A stretch of 63,781 nucleotides of DNA, filler included, from Phoronis australis (GCA_002633005.1; 8 parts of 8 records of this genome joined end to end with filler, not necessarily neighbours in it), one strand, 5' to 3'. Counted from the first letter of the whole stretch, positions 1-13,330 are shown. Translations and numbers: made by a program. The notes: generated by a model not told the origin, from the sequence alone.

Positions 1-97
1 TATAAAATAACCTTTATATTTTATTACCAACATTTAATTGAACAGAGTTTACTTTACCACATTGATAGCGATCGAGAGTTGTATGTTAGTTTCTCAC

Positions 98-541
98 CTC
101 AACTATGGTCCTGGGACCTCCAATGAGGGCGAAATTGTTCACATAGTCTGTCTGGCATACGTCACGCATAAAGTTATTCCAGTCCACTAGGGTCCTGGTG
201 GAGTTGATGGCCAGCTCATGCCTTATGGTTGTCGTGGGCAACTTATCCATAGACCACAAGTAAATGAATTGCGTCAGTCTATCAAGGCTCAGCTTCGACA
301 TGGAAAAAAAACTCCCGTCCCGTATAGATATGGAATTACGGCAGGGGCCGCACCGCCACAGAAACTGGTCAGATCTGGTAGGGGCGTCGTCCCAGTAACA
401 TGGGTTGGCGCATGTTCTGCAGTGCTTCTGCGTAGATAGTAGGAAATTTGTCTTCAGAAAGTTGACCGTCGTCGGAATATCTCGAGTTTGTTGAAAAATA
501 TCTTTAAGCCTGTAGTCTTGGAGATTCATCTGACGAGCCAT
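98..541 (-). mobile_element. Merlin/IS1595 (ISXO2-like) transposase, first coding exon; the DDE core continues beyond the window start
   Basis: Zn-ribbon CxxC..WRCxxC, SIRDGSFF, IYLWS, TLVDWNNFMRDVC and IGGPRTIVE are typical of Merlin transposases. The frame hits a GAG|GTGAGA splice donor at 98/97, just before the expected (I/V)DES motif. ATG at 541. Confidence 0.85.
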
Positions 542-577
542 GGTGTTAATAAACTGAATTCCCACGTTCCGTGCAGA

Positions 578-588
578 CTTTATATAGG
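578..588 (-). promoter_or_regulatory. Candidate TATA box of the Merlin transposase
   Basis: CCTATATAAAG on the minus strand about 40 bp upstream of the ATG at 541. Confidence 0.45.
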
Positions 589-937
589 CCCATCATGACC
601 ACCCACACTTACCAAAAACCTGCGATTTTGGAATTTTCCACGAGCACATTTCCGGTGAGTCGGATACAATTTGTGTGATTTTAGCCGACTTGATGGGAAT
701 TCTCATGAGAACTTTACACGTGTGCCTGGGTTAACCACTTTATGCAAATTTTCTTTAAAACTTTGCATACTAAGTCAATGCGAAATGTTATTGGGTAGTA
801 ATTATGGATAAGATGCGAGGCAACCAATGGCAGGGAAACCCCAAGTAGCAAGAATTTGCAACAAAGTTCAGTAAGCAACGAGATCGTTAATTCCCACGAG
901 AATGTTTGGAACAGACATCTTCAACGCACTTTCAATG

Positions 938-1145
938 CATGCGCACTCCCCCCCCCCATTTGGCGAAGTGGGCAAAAAGGTCCGCCCCCGAGAGACAAAA
1001 AGTCCAAGAAAATGGGACAAAAGTTCACTAAATACGCGAAAACGCACAATTCACAGTGGTGCTCCCGTTTTTTTGTTATTAAAAGGTCCACAACGTCCGG
1101 AATTCGAGCCCCCCCCCCCTATACTGAAGGCTGGGTGCGCGCATG
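938..1145. mobile_element. Short MITE with CATGCGC(G)CAC(C/T)C terminal inverted repeats
   Basis: CATGCGCACTCC at 938 and GGGTGCGCGCATG ending at 1145. Related ends or internal sequence recur at ~36306-36385 and ~57311. Confidence 0.6.
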
Positions 1146-1250
1146 AATTGGGAAACGTGACAGTGGAAAACTTAAAAAACCCGTCTCTTGCAAAATTGTC
1201 ATTTTCATCAAAGAATTACTCATTGTTATAGCACTTTTAATAAGATAATT

Positions 1251-3488
1251 GTCAACACTAAATCATGAAATGTAGTCGCGGTAGTGTAATGGCCAATACG
1301 AGTAAAGCGCATTCCCGTTACAACACTTTGCTTTGCATTATATACCTCTTATTTCTCACATAGTAGATTGGTAATATTAAATTTCATGGGTGTGAACATT
1401 TTGAAAGTAAGTAACTGAAAGGTAGGGAGCCGTTACCGACATAGGAAGTAGATAGGAGTATAATAAAACGACAAACACGAACTAAATAAATTATATTTGA
1501 AACAATCGATTTATAGCGGGGCATCTCTCTTTGGCCACTTGAAAGCAGGTGAATGAAGGAAACAATCGGAGGAGCCCGGTACACATTAATACAATGACAC
1601 TGAAACTTATTCATAAGATTTCTTATGTCTTACAAATTATTGTCCTGTTCGTCAGCTTTCGCACGCACAACCATCAGTTGTTCACATCATTTGTTCATCA
1701 CTTTTATTGAGTTGGGCCAAATGGAAATGTTCATGTACAAATTCACCATTTATTGTGCCGAATACCTGCTGTGTGATGAGTTTGCGTCCCTCGGCTCCTA
1801 GGTTCCCAGGGTTAGTTACTTATGCTTCAATCTGACAGTTGGCTGTTTCCCGAATTCGCCACAATAATCGGATCGCCAGCACTACCGAGCGATTTTTGAT
1901 TGTAGACGCAATTTTTATACTTGCACAAACAAAAAGTAAAGGGTACTTAAGTTATTAGATGGACTGAGTGATTTCTGACATCTTCGCTAGTCATACGATT
2001 GTTATCGTGTTGTTCATAATCCCCACTATCATCATCATAATAATCGTTATCGTTGTCATCTCCATCGTTGTCATCTCCATCGTCGTCTTTTCAGTTAATT
2101 TCGCCACATGTCGCTCCTCTGAGCACTCGGGGCTCGTTTTTATACTCGCACATGCAAAAATAAACGGAACTTCGGTTATTAGATGGACTGAGTGATGTAA
2201 AAAACATATGACTAGGCGCTTGAATTCAGAATAGGCCTATGAAGTAGGAATATTGACCACGATTCACCAAATCCATGTCAAATATTGGGATCTTTTCAGT
2301 AATTCGACGTTATATCTTGAAAAGAATTTTTTNACCCCCTGAACCCCCCTCCCCCCGTAGATCCGCCACTGAATGGTCGACACTAAATCATAAGGTGTAG
2401 TCGCGGTAGTGTAATGGCCAATACGAGAAAAGCGCATTCCCGTTACAACACTTTGCTTTGCATTATATACCTCTTATTTCTCACATAGTAGATTGTTAAT
2501 ATTAAATTTCATGAGTGTGAACATTTTCAAAGTAAGTAACTGAAAGGTAGCGAGCCGTTACCGATATAGGAAGTAGATAGGAGTATAATAAAACGACAAA
2601 CACGAACTAAATAAATTATATTTGAAACAATCGATTTATAGCGGGGCATCTATCTCTCTTGGGCCACTTGAAAGCAGGTGAATGAAGGAAACAACCGGAG
2701 GAGCCCGGTACACATTAATACAATGACACTGAAACTTATTCATAAGATTTCTTATGTCTAACAAATTATTGTCCTGTTCGTCAGCTTTTGCAGTGCACAA
2801 CCATCAGTTGATCACATCATTTGTTCATCACTTTTATTGAGTTGGGCCAAATGGAAATGTTCATGTACAAATTCACCATTTATTGTGCCGAATACTTGCT
2901 GTGTGATGAGTTTGCGTCCCTCGGCTCCTAGGTTCCCAGGGTTAGTTACTTATGCTTCAATCTGACAGTTGGCCGTTTCCCGAATTTGCCACGATAATCG
3001 GATCGCCAGCACTACCGAGCGATTTTTGATTTCAGACTCGAACGCAATTTTTATACTTGCACAAGCAAAAAGTAAACGGTACTTCGGTTATTAGATGGAC
3101 TGAGTGATTTCTGACATCTTCGCTAGTCCGGCATACGATTGTTATCGTGTTGTTCATAATCCCCACTATCATCATCATAATAATCATTGTCGTCGTCATC
3201 TCCATCGTCGTCGTCATCTCCATCGTCGTCTTTTCAGTTAATTTCGCCACATGTCGCTCCTCTGAGCACTCCGGGCTCGTTTTTATACTCGCACATGCAA
3301 AAATAAACGGAACTTCGGTTATTAGATGGACTGAGTGATGTAAAAAACATATGACTAGGCGCTTGAATTCAGAATAGGCCTACGAAGTAGGAATATTGAT
3401 GAGTTTTCAACCACGATTCGCCAAATCCATGTCAAACATTGGGATCTTTTCAATAATTCGACGTTATATCTTGAAAAGATTTTTTTTT
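1251..3488. repeat. ~1.1 kb near-identical direct duplication (1251-2332 / ~2377-3488), possibly two haplotypes assembled side by side
   Basis: Colinear with few substitutions or indels. A single n at 2333 sits at the junction. Contains an (ATC/GTC)n microsatellite. Confidence 0.9.
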
Positions 3489-4849
3489 CTAATCTAGCCT
3501 ATACTTGATAATTAGAAGTGAATTATTGAATATCCGAAAACCCAGTTAGAAGGCACGTTGTTCTGTTAACGGGTTACGTAATGTATGACCGGAAGACCAA
3601 CCGCAACATCTTGGCGAGTGTCTTGATAACCATCTACAACACTCATTCTTAGTGTCAGGGGTAATCTTGCGGACGAACACCGAGAGTAGATGGCACAGCG
3701 TTTTATTCTTTATCAACAGATGTCGCTCCAACCTTCCGTTGATCGAACATTCAACGCGGAAATAGTGGAAACAAAAACTTGATGATAAAACTGTAAGGGG
3801 GCAAGGTAGGAGACGTTTTGTTATATTTTTGGATTGAGAACGATAAGAGGAATGTGTGTAGGTCATTGTCGTCATATTGTAAACAATTACCATGTCAGAA
3901 CAATGGGTTATGACACTTCATGGCATCAGGAAGACAAACAACAATTTGTCGTACAGTCAAGTGACCTAATTATCGGACGTTTTGGCACATTTTGCATTAT
4001 ATTTAATTGAAAATACTAAGGATTGTTGTAAATTCTTTGCTGAAATAAAGATTTACCTTCACGGAATTGTTCTGTTACTATATCTTGTCATTGAAAACCA
4101 TATTTATGTTCCGACTGATCTTCAAAAAACACAACAACCAAACCGTCGGAGAACCTAAATATCGGACACCTTGTTTCTCCATACGCCACATCGCGGAAAA
4201 CTGATTAACCACGTAATGGCCGCGGGCACCTTGTCGCCAAATTTCAGCTCGAGTGTTTTGACATATATGCTGCTAGAACCCAGGTCCATTCGCAACAAAA
4301 TTGTCCATCAAATGAAATCTGATGACGGCGCCAAGTCGTTTCGATGAATTAGGGCAGACAACTAAAGCACGTGCAAACTCACTGCAGTTTTTAGTATCAC
4401 TTAGGCTTTTTGAGACTTGATATGACACCCGTACGTGCGCGGTCGGGGTTTGACTTGAGTTTAAAAACAAACGAAAAAATGGGGTTCAGTGACATATTGT
4501 CAGTTCAATNATCGAACGATACCAAAATCATGTGTGTAGGTCATTGTCATCATATTGTAAACAATTACCAAAACTAAAATTGTCACTAAGGGGTATAGCG
4601 GTAGTCTAATCGGTCTGAAAGTATTCATTCATCATCAGTTTCATGGGAACACACATGCCAAACCTCATGCAAATCCTGTAATGGGGTTTAGGAGAAACAG
4701 TTTCAGATGCCCCATGCCCAGACAGAGATAACCGCATTATGCCCACACATAAATAGGTGGACGCATATCAATAAATAATCTATAAAATAATGATAAATAT
4801 ATCTGGATAATATAGTGCAACATAATGCGTTACAATGTTGGTTGTCTAA

Positions 4850-5330
4850 TCCTTTGCATGACTTCATGTCGTGAGATATTGTCTCTTCGAGAAAAATTTT
4901 TGCCACAGGTAGTGCACACGTGAAGTTTGATATTGCTGTGTGTTGTCTTGTGTCTCGCCCACCACCTCTGGTGATTGATCATTCCTAAATGTGTCTAAAG
5001 TGTGCTTTGTCATGACATGATCTGCTCGGTGAGATGCGATCATGGATCTGATAGTGAGAGAGGAAGTTACTATTTTTCACAAAAGCTATTTTCACCCTCA
5101 TTGCGCATGTATTTAATGGGTGAATGTACCGTGTTGTACCTTTGCAGCCCACTTTGTGACAAAAACTTACGACCACAGACCGTGCATCCAATTTTTAGCA
5201 CTGTGGCTAACTCTGTTATGATCTTCCAATGCACTTTTGGTGTGCCTGTCACATTTTGCACAGAAATGGCAACTTTCCGTCATGGTCTCTTGTGTGTCAA
5301 TTTAGTGTGAAATTAGTGCATGTTTTCTGC
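4850..5330 (-). pseudogene. Decayed multi-C2H2 zinc-finger coding fragment
   Basis: Minus-strand pieces HTRDHDGKLPFLCKM*, CTVCGRKFLSQSGLQRYNTVH and HVCTTCGKNFSRRDNISRH, separated by stops and frameshifts. Confidence 0.75.
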
Positions 5331-5789
5331 ACACCTAATGAGGATGACTTTCTGAAAATAGAAAAAAAAACAAGTAAGCACAGAACAAGAAAAAAACGTG
5401 AAGTAAATCTCATATCTGGATTACTGAGCTCAGAGCTACTTTTGAATTCGAGGTTTCTTATTTCACATTTTAATTACAGTTGATTCTGGGATCGGTTAAG
5501 CGTGATTTTTTCTGGGATCGGTTAAGCTTGATTTTTTCTTATCTTGAACAGTTAGCATGTAGCAATGCCCTTCAAATAAGTCGGCTCTTCGCTCACATTA
5601 GATGGAAATTTGCTGTCAGATCGAATCAGAATATAATATGTTACATTTGAGTGTGGCACTCAATCCTAGAATGGATAATGAAAGGATGTGAGACAACAAT
5701 GCAAAGAATTGTAAAGGTTAAAACCATGGCTTCAAAACTTACGGGAAATGTGATCAATGGGTAGAACAACTCCTGTTGCTTCAATCTGG

Positions 5790-5978
5790 TGAGCAGGTGT
5801 AAGAAACTCTTCACAGGGCCTGTAGCAGAGTTGCAACGCCGCCATATTGGAAAAGGGTCAGAATGTTGCATTGTGGTTATAGCGGAGCAGGTGTAAGAGA
5901 CTCTTCACAGGGCCTATAGCAGAGTTGCAATGCCGCCATATTGGAAAAGGGTCAGAATGTTGCATTGTGGTTATAGCG
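5790..5978. repeat. ~95 bp tandem duplication upstream of the THAP relic
   Basis: GAGCAGGTGTAAGA...CGCCATATTGGAAAAGGGTCAGAATGTTGCATTGTGGTTATAGCGG occurs twice. Confidence 0.85.
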
Positions 5979-6027
5979 GTATGATTCAGTAAACAAAAAT
6001 GTCGGCAAGGGTGTGGGCAAACCTGCC

Positions 6028-6280
6028 ATGGGGAGATTATACGTGTTGTGTGCCTGGCTGCTATAACTGTTGGTGAGATATAGAATTTAGTTACTACCTG
6101 TTTCCCGAGGATCAAGAAATGCGTAGAAAATGGGTCAGAAACATCAGTAGAGCTGTTAGCATCAGACGATTTAGTGAATTCTTTCCGACTTCGTGGTATA
6201 AAGTATGCAGCGCTCATTTTGAGGGCGACAAGGAAACGTATCTTGGAAACTAAGCTACAATATTTCCCTTGAAAGGAACC
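6028..6280 (+). pseudogene. THAP zinc-finger domain relic, probably transposon-derived
   Basis: Manual translation gives GDYTCCVPGCYNCW*DIEFSYYLFPEDQEMRRKWVRNISR...KVCSAHFEG...*ATIFPLK. The C2CH signature, FP, W and CSxHF are present, with two stops. Not in the ORF track. Confidence 0.85.
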
Positions 6281-7459
6281 ACAACAAATACTCCACAGCG
6301 GAGGGTAGGGACTAGTGAAGAAAAACTTGTTTTCGCTTGACCAGACCTCAGCCGGTTTGAGCAATTTTGAGGATAATGCTACTGCACAATCACCTGTTCT
6401 GTCGACTCACTGTACGTACACTATCCATTACCGCGCTCACTTTAGTGAAATCTCAAAACGCGTGGGGGGCACTTATAGGGGCATGGACACTTATTAGGGC
6501 GAAGAGTGGCAGAATTACAGACAGTTGCGTATTTTAATGCACACAAATCGCATGTTGTGCATACCAATCGGCCATTCCTTATACATCTAACAATCACAGT
6601 AGGCTTTACGCGCACTAATTTCTGGGCATGCGCAATCGCTAAATCGATTCGGTTGCAACTCCGCTATTTAGTGGCTATTAAACCTCTATCTGGGGATTGA
6701 TACAAAGATTTTGTAATGGAAAGATGTCAAGTTTAGATTAACTTGCACAAACGGTAATGCACACCCTGGGAGCACATATATTGTTGCATGCAACAAAATG
6801 TATAAATTATACCACTATCAGACATAGTCAAACTTACAAAGTCTTGTCTCAAGCAATCTGGGAAATACCACTTGTTACCGAGGCCAGAAACCATTTCCTA
6901 CAAAATTCTGTAGGGAACAAAATGGAATAGAGGCATGAGACATACATGAATACATGGTAAATATGGTATCGGAATGGGATAAAACCAAAATAGTACTGAA
7001 GTATGAAGTTGTTTCAGTAGAAAATCAGTTGGGCAATCTTTGGTGTGGAGTATATTACTGATTATTAAAATAGGCAAGGGGAACATCTAACAAAATGGTA
7101 ACTAGTAAAATATGCTGACAAAGACTATAAGTCATTCTCTGTACATTTTACACATGTAAGATGTTAAAACTCATTTTACCAAAACCTTTTTTCTGGTCAA
7201 GATTTCTGTTCAATCAATCAATCAATCATGTGGTTATCATTTTGATGGAAATCCAAGCAGTTAATTGTTCTGCTGTACCGAGTCTTGAAACGATGTGTCA
7301 GCAGTCTGGCAAGATGAAGGGATGCTTTTAGATAGGCCTGCAATGCGGAAAAACTAAATTGCATTATTGAAAGTGGTTCTCTGCCACTGAGACAGAATTC
7401 AACATGTGCACCAGGTACTTTCTCGGTTTATTGGTAAAAAAATTGAATTTCTGTTGATG

Positions 7460-8295
7460 TCGAAGAAATTTTTCACATGTGTTCCTTTTGTGGATTGGGC
7501 GGCATGAGCGAACTTTTGTACGGATCCGACTACTGGTGTGCCCCCTAGTGGCAATTTTAGTTTTTCACGCTTACCTCGATCTTTAAAGGTCCTCAATGTA
7601 TTGTCATAAAATTTAGCATATAGGCATCTATTAGTGAGATGCCACTATCCTCCCGTTTTCGGGTGGATTTGACAGTTTGCGTCACCTAGTGGCCACTTGT
7701 ACTGTTTTAGAGCCTGTTTCTTGGCGTCCACCCTTCTATCAACCAAACCACTCCAGGGATGATTGTGAAAATTGGCACGTATGTTTTTACTGTGAAGAGG
7801 ACGGCTCGTGTTGATTTTCCAATGACTTCGACTACTGTGGAGCCTCCTAGTAGCAGTTTTGTTTTTTTACGCCCATGGATGTATCTCCTAAATCATTTGC
7901 GGGATCTTTATTAAATTTAGCAAGTTTATTTATATGATGTTGACAACAGACGACAATGACTTTTGGATGGATCGGAATACCGGTGTGCCCTCTATTGGCA
8001 ATTTTAGTTTTTTATGTTTACCTCTGTATCTTCAAAGGTCCTCAACGGGTTTTCATGAAATTTGGAATGTAGGTATCTATTATTGAGATGATGCTATTTT
8101 CCTGTTTTCGTATGGAATCGAGGTATTTTGTGCCACCTAGGGGCCAGTTTATTGTTTTTGAGTCCACCCTCTATCAACCAAACTATTTTAAGGGTAATTT
8201 TGAAAATTGGCGTATATGTTCTCAGTGTGAAGAAGACGGTTGACGATGACAACTTTGATCACTGTGACGCCTCTAATAGTGGTAGTTTCGTTTTG
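7460..8295. repeat. Diverged dimer of a ~445 bp repeat unit rich in CC(C/T)CTAGTGG motifs (non-autonomous TE-like)
   Basis: GGATCCGACTACTGGTGTGCCCCCTAGTGGCAATTTTAG (~7522) versus GGATCGGAATACCGGTGTGCCCTCTATTGGCAATTTTAG (~7969), with colinear downstream sequence. Confidence 0.65.
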
Positions 8296-8309
8296 TAATC
8301 GTCAGTACA

Positions 8310-8730
8310 GTTTGTGCTGGATACTATTCAGCACCCCATCCCACGTTCTTGGTAGCAGAAACCTCAGATCCCCTTTGTCTGATTAAACTGGGATTCTCCA
8401 CTCGTTCATATATTGCCTCCTTAACTCCTTACCTCAATCCATTTTCTTCCCTAACTGGAATTGTAACATCCTCCATGAAGAAAGAATGGTCCTACCAGCC
8501 ATGTGAGTGAATACTGCCGAATCATAATCGCCATTACCGGGTCTGAGATATTGACTGACCCGACTTTTCAGGGTGTGTTTGGGTTCACCAATATCTGTTT
8601 CCTCACATCCTGGATCCGAGCACGATATACCATACGCAACATTGGCTATTTTCTCTTTCGGGTCTTATCCTTGGCATTCATTAACTGGCTTCTTATTGTG
8701 TTCATGGGTTTAAATGAAACTGAGTACTGT
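8310..8730 (-). mobile_element. Penelope-like retroelement 3' fragment (GIY-YIG endonuclease), degenerate
   Basis: SFKPMNTIRSQL..KD..NVAYGISCSDPGCEETDIGEPKHTLKSRVSQYLR..SAVFTH..GVKEAIYERVENPSL..LRFLLPRTWD, with frameshifts. Confidence 0.85.
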
Positions 8731-9699
8731 CGATCACATGATGATTCACATGACACCTCACTGGCATGCCAAAGTCCTCAGGATCAGAACACAATGAAGC
8801 TAACTCAATCCGTAAGTCTAGTATTTGATTCATTTCTTCTACATTAAATACTGATGACCATTCTCCACGCGCGACTAAATCAATGTTGGAAGAAACAAAC
8901 AATTGAATTAATAGCACATCACAAAACTATTGAAATGTATTAAGTACCTGTAAGAGCATTAAGAAAAGGGATCTAAAATCTTAATGGCCAAATTTAACTA
9001 AAAAGAACCTATTCTTAGCAAAAGTGTGTGACTGAGTATACTGAAGCAAAATATTGGTGAACAGCAGTATATGATAAAAAACAAGAATTATTGACCATGA
9101 AAAACTATGAAGTTGAACCTGAAACTATGATGTAGAAAAATAAAGTATTCTACTTCATCTGAAAAAGTATCATGGTCCTTTAAAAAAACTTGTTCTAATA
9201 AACATTTTATCATAGGTTTTCTCTGTTCTCACCTTCATACATAAATGTTAAAAATTCTTGCTCAAGATGCAGATACTCTCTTTTATACTTATCTTGCACA
9301 GTGACATCTCCACCACTCTTGTTTTTAAAGACCAAAAAAGTGACTTGTAAGTTCCCTCACATTCATCATTATTTCCTTTCTTATTGCATATATTTTCCAC
9401 AGTCGGTGCTATGGGAACAACAGTGTTTGTATCAATGGTCTGTGTGATGTCGCTCTGTCTTGTATCATATGTCCAACCTTACCTAATTTGACCATTCTGA
9501 TGGTCAGGTTGAACTAATGGAAAATAAGAGCAATCGTCCGCATCTCTGTTGTCATGAACACTTTCCTCAACTCATTTTGACCACTTTCATATGTATTTAG
9601 ACACAATCAGTTAAACTTCAGATAGCACACAACTTTTGCAACAAAGATAACATCGCCTTAATTCTAAAATTTTCTCAAGTATTTTTTATTACCTTCTCT

Positions 9700-10005
9700 C
9701 GCGTCTGCACCAGCCTTCAACAGAACGCTTACCATTTCTGTGTTGGCTCACTCTACTACCATGTGTAGTGTGTGTTTGTGTCCTTGTCTTGCATGTTGAC
9801 ATAAGCGTCAGCCTTACACAAAACACTCTGTCTTGTCGCACTCTGCTACCCCATGAAGTGCAGTCAGCCTGCCGAAAGAATGAACAAGTTACAGCAAGCT
9901 TCACAATTGTAACTGGAATTGGTGGAGCATCCAGCACTGATCAAGTAATTATCTTTTTTAAACTGTTTCATCAATGTAAAAAAGTTCGCTCGTCATAGTC
10001 AACTT
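9700..10005 (-). pseudogene. Ankyrin-repeat pseudogene, copy 1
   Basis: Across frameshifts it reads RLTALHGVAE..KADAYVNMQDKDTNT-LHMVVE*ANTEMVSVLLKAGADA, close to the ankyrin consensus. Confidence 0.75.
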
Positions 10006-10085
10006 AGCATCACATCTCCATAATGTTCACTTCTTCATGGCTTTCAAACCATTTCAGCGGAAAGCGGGGGCCTGTTTTGGCAATC

Positions 10086-10415
10086 CTCGTTCATATATTG
10101 CCTCCTTAACTCCTTACCTGAATTCGTTTTCTTCCCTAACCAGAATTGTAACATCCTCCATGGAGAATGAATGGTCCGACCAGCCATGTGAGTGAATACT
10201 GCCGAATCAAAATCTCCCTTGCCGGGTCTGAGATATTGACTGACCCGACTTTTAAGGGTGTGTTTGGGTTCACCAATATCTGTTTCCTCACATCCTGGAT
10301 CCGAGCACGATATATACCATACGCAACATTAGCTATTTTCTCTTTCGGGTCCTATCCTTGACATTCATTAACTGGCTTCTTATTGTGTTCATGGGTTTAA
10401 ATGAAACGGAGTACT
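10086..10415 (-). mobile_element. Penelope GIY-YIG fragment, duplicated copy
   Basis: Near-identical to 8401-8730. Confidence 0.8.
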
Positions 10416-11384
10416 GTCGATCACATGATGATTCACATGACACCTCACTGGCCTGCCAAAGTCCTCAGGATCAGAACACAATAATTAAGCTAACTCAGTC
10501 CGTAAGTCTAGTATTTGATTCATTTCTTCTACAATAAATACTGATGATCATTCTCCACGCGCAACTAAATCAATGTTGGAAGAAACAAACAATTGAATTA
10601 ATAGCACATCACAAAACTATTGAAATGTATTAAGTACCTGTACGAGCATTAAGAAAAGGAAACTAAAATCTTAGTGGCCAAATTTAACTAAAAAGAACAT
10701 ATTCTTAGCAAAAGTGTGTGACTGAGTATACTGAAGCAAAATATTGGTGACAAGTAGTATATGGTAAAAAACGAGAATGATTGACCATGAAAAACTATGA
10801 AGTTGAACCTGAAACTATGATGTAGAAAAAATAAAGTATTCTACTTCATCTGAAAAAGTATCATGGTCCTTTAAAAAAACTTGTTCTAATAAACATTTTG
10901 CCATAGGTTTTCTCTTTTTCACCTTTACACATAAGTGTTAAAAATTCTTGCTCAAGATGCAGATACTCTCTTTTATACTTATCTTGCACAGTGACATCTC
11001 CACCTCTCTTGTTTTTAAAGACCAAAACAGTGACTAGTAAGCTCCCTTACATTCATCATTATTTCCTTTCCTATTGCATATATTTTCCACATTCGGTGCT
11101 ATGGGCACAATAGTGTTTGTAACCAATGGTCTGTGTGATGTCGCTCTGTCTTGTATCATATGGCCAACCTTACCTAATTTGACCATTCTGCTGGTCAGGT
11201 TGAACTAATGGAAAATAAGAGCAATCCTCCGCATCTCTGTTGTCATGAACACTTTCCTCAACTCATTTTGACCACTTTCATATGTATTTAGACACAATCA
11301 GTTAAACTTCAGATAGCATACAACTTTTGCAACAAAGATAACATCGCCTTAATTCTAAAATTGTCCCAAGTAGTTTTTATAACC

Positions 11385-11700
11385 TTGTCTCGCGTCTGCA
11401 CCAGCCTTCGACAGAACGCTTGCCATTTCTGTGTTGGCTCACTCTACTACCATGTGTAGTGTGTGTTTGTGTCCTTGTCTTGCATGTTGACATTAGCGCC
11501 AGCCTTACACAAAACACTCTGTCTTGTCGCTCTCTGCTACCCCATGAAGTGCAGTCAGCCTGCCGAAAGAATGAACAAGTTACAGCAAGCTTCACAATTG
11601 TAACTGGAATTGGTGGAGTATCCAGCACTGATCAAGTAATTATCTTTTTTAACTGTTGAATGTAAAGAAGTTTGCTCGTCGTAGTCAAATTAGCATCACA
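11385..11700 (-). pseudogene. Ankyrin-repeat pseudogene, copy 2
   Basis: DYDEQTSLH..YLISAG..RLTALHGVAE..KAGANVNMQDKDTNT-LHMVVE*ANTEMASVLSKAGADA. Confidence 0.75.
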
Positions 11701-12109
11701 TCTCCATAATGTTCACTTCTTCATATGTGCCACTTTATTTGGATGCGCTTCGTGCATAATGTTGACTTATTTAGTTATGTCCATACGCTTCTAAAATGTG
11801 TCCAAGGGTCTGTAACATCTTTTATTTGAACTTCTTTTCTGCCTGTTGTCTAGAGTGGCCAGATCTGTAGTGTTGGACACCATATTTAGAAGTTTGGGGC
11901 CCAATCCCTGTCTTTTACACTCTATAGTTATGCACGTATGTTTAATAACTAACAACTAGACTAGGGTTCAACGAACTCAAGTCTTTGACGTTGCAGTTCT
12001 TTTCACTTTACTAATGGTAGACTTAGTTACGTGTTAAGTTTCATTGGCAAACATCTTTGGACATACACCCATCGCTGTCGACACATCCTTCTGAGACTTT
12101 AGAGGAATA

Positions 12110-13330
12110 GTTCTACATATTAAGTACGTGTATGAGCACTAAGAAAAGGAAACTAAAATCCAAGTGGCCGGATTCAAATAAAACCATATTCTTCACAAAA
12201 GTATGTGACTGAGTATGCTGAAGAAAAGTACTGGTGACAAATACCGGTAATATTTTTTTGAAAACATAACTATTGCGATATATTTCTTTTGCTAAAAATA
12301 CTATAAAGTTGAAGTTGAAAAATATGTAGTGTAGAAAAACAAAGTATTCCAAACTTCATCTGAAACAGTCATGACATTCTCTTTCAAACAACTCCTATTA
12401 AATTAACCTTCAGTCCGACATTTTCTCTGTTCTAACCTTCACATATAAATTTGATGGATTCTAGCACAAGAGTTAGATTCTCTCTTTTGTTCATATTTTC
12501 TACAGCGACTTATCAACTCATGTCTTTAAAGACCAAAAGTGACTAGTAAGTTCCCACATATTCATCATTATTTCCTTTTCTATTGCATATATTTCTTCAC
12601 AGTAGGTTCTATGGGAACATTAGTGTTTGTAACCAGTGGTCTGGTCTGTAAGATGTCGCTCTGTCTGATATCGTATCTCCAACTGTGTTCATTCTGCTAG
12701 TCAGTTTGAACTAATGAAAAAGATGAGCTATCGTCTGCAACTCTATTGTCATGATCACTTTCCTCGCCTTATTTTCTTGACCACTTTCGTGGCGCAATAG
12801 GTGATGAGAATTGAAAAATGTATTTACACACAGGATATACTTCAGATAGCCTAGAACTTTTGTAACAAAGATAACATCGCCTTAATTCTAAAATTGTCTC
12901 AAGTAGTTTTTATCACCTTGTCTCAAAACGTTCACCTGCTTCAGCCTTCAACAGAAGGCTCACCACTTCTGTGTTGGCCCACTTTACTACCATTTGTAGT
13001 GTGTGTTTGTGTCCTTGTCTTGCACGTTAACATTAGCGTCAGCCTTATACAAAACACTCCGCTACACCATAAAGTGCTGTTAGCCTGCGCAAAGAATGAA
13101 CAAGTTATAGCAAGCTACACAATTGTAACTGGCATTTGTGGAGCATCTAGCGCAAATCAACTGATTAACTTTAGACTATTTCGTCAATGTAAAAAAGTTG
13201 GTTCGTCATAGTCAGCTTTGCGTCATATAAACATAATCTTCTTTATATGTGTCACCTTATTTGAATGCGCTTCATGCATGATGTTGACCTCTAGCTATGT
13301 TCAGCCTTATCTAGAGTGGCCAGATCTATA
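12110..13330 (-). pseudogene. Third, more diverged copy of the ankyrin-containing unit, lacking the Penelope part
   Basis: Colinear with ~8930-10040. At ~12935-13050 it reads LYKADANVNVQDKDTNT-LQMVVKWANTEVVSLLLKAEA. Confidence 0.75.

Larger units (their letters stand above)
8401..11723. repeat. ~1.69 kb tandem duplication (8401-10038 / 10086-11723) carrying Penelope and ankyrin fragments
   Basis: Colinear high identity with a period of 1685 bp. Confidence 0.92.

Noticed and set aside
1968-3338. Hydrophobic Ile/Val-rich ORFs that look like membrane proteins
   Set aside because: Translations of an (ATC/GTC)n microsatellite inside a duplicated repeat.
8280-8310. CTGACGA...GAAAC on the minus strand as a second hammerhead
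   Set aside because: No stem II can form, and the GAAA part belongs to the neighbouring repeat.
9689-9937. Listed ORF MLDAPPIPV... and its copies as real proteins
   Set aside because: Wrong frames. The informative ankyrin signal is in other, frameshifted frames.
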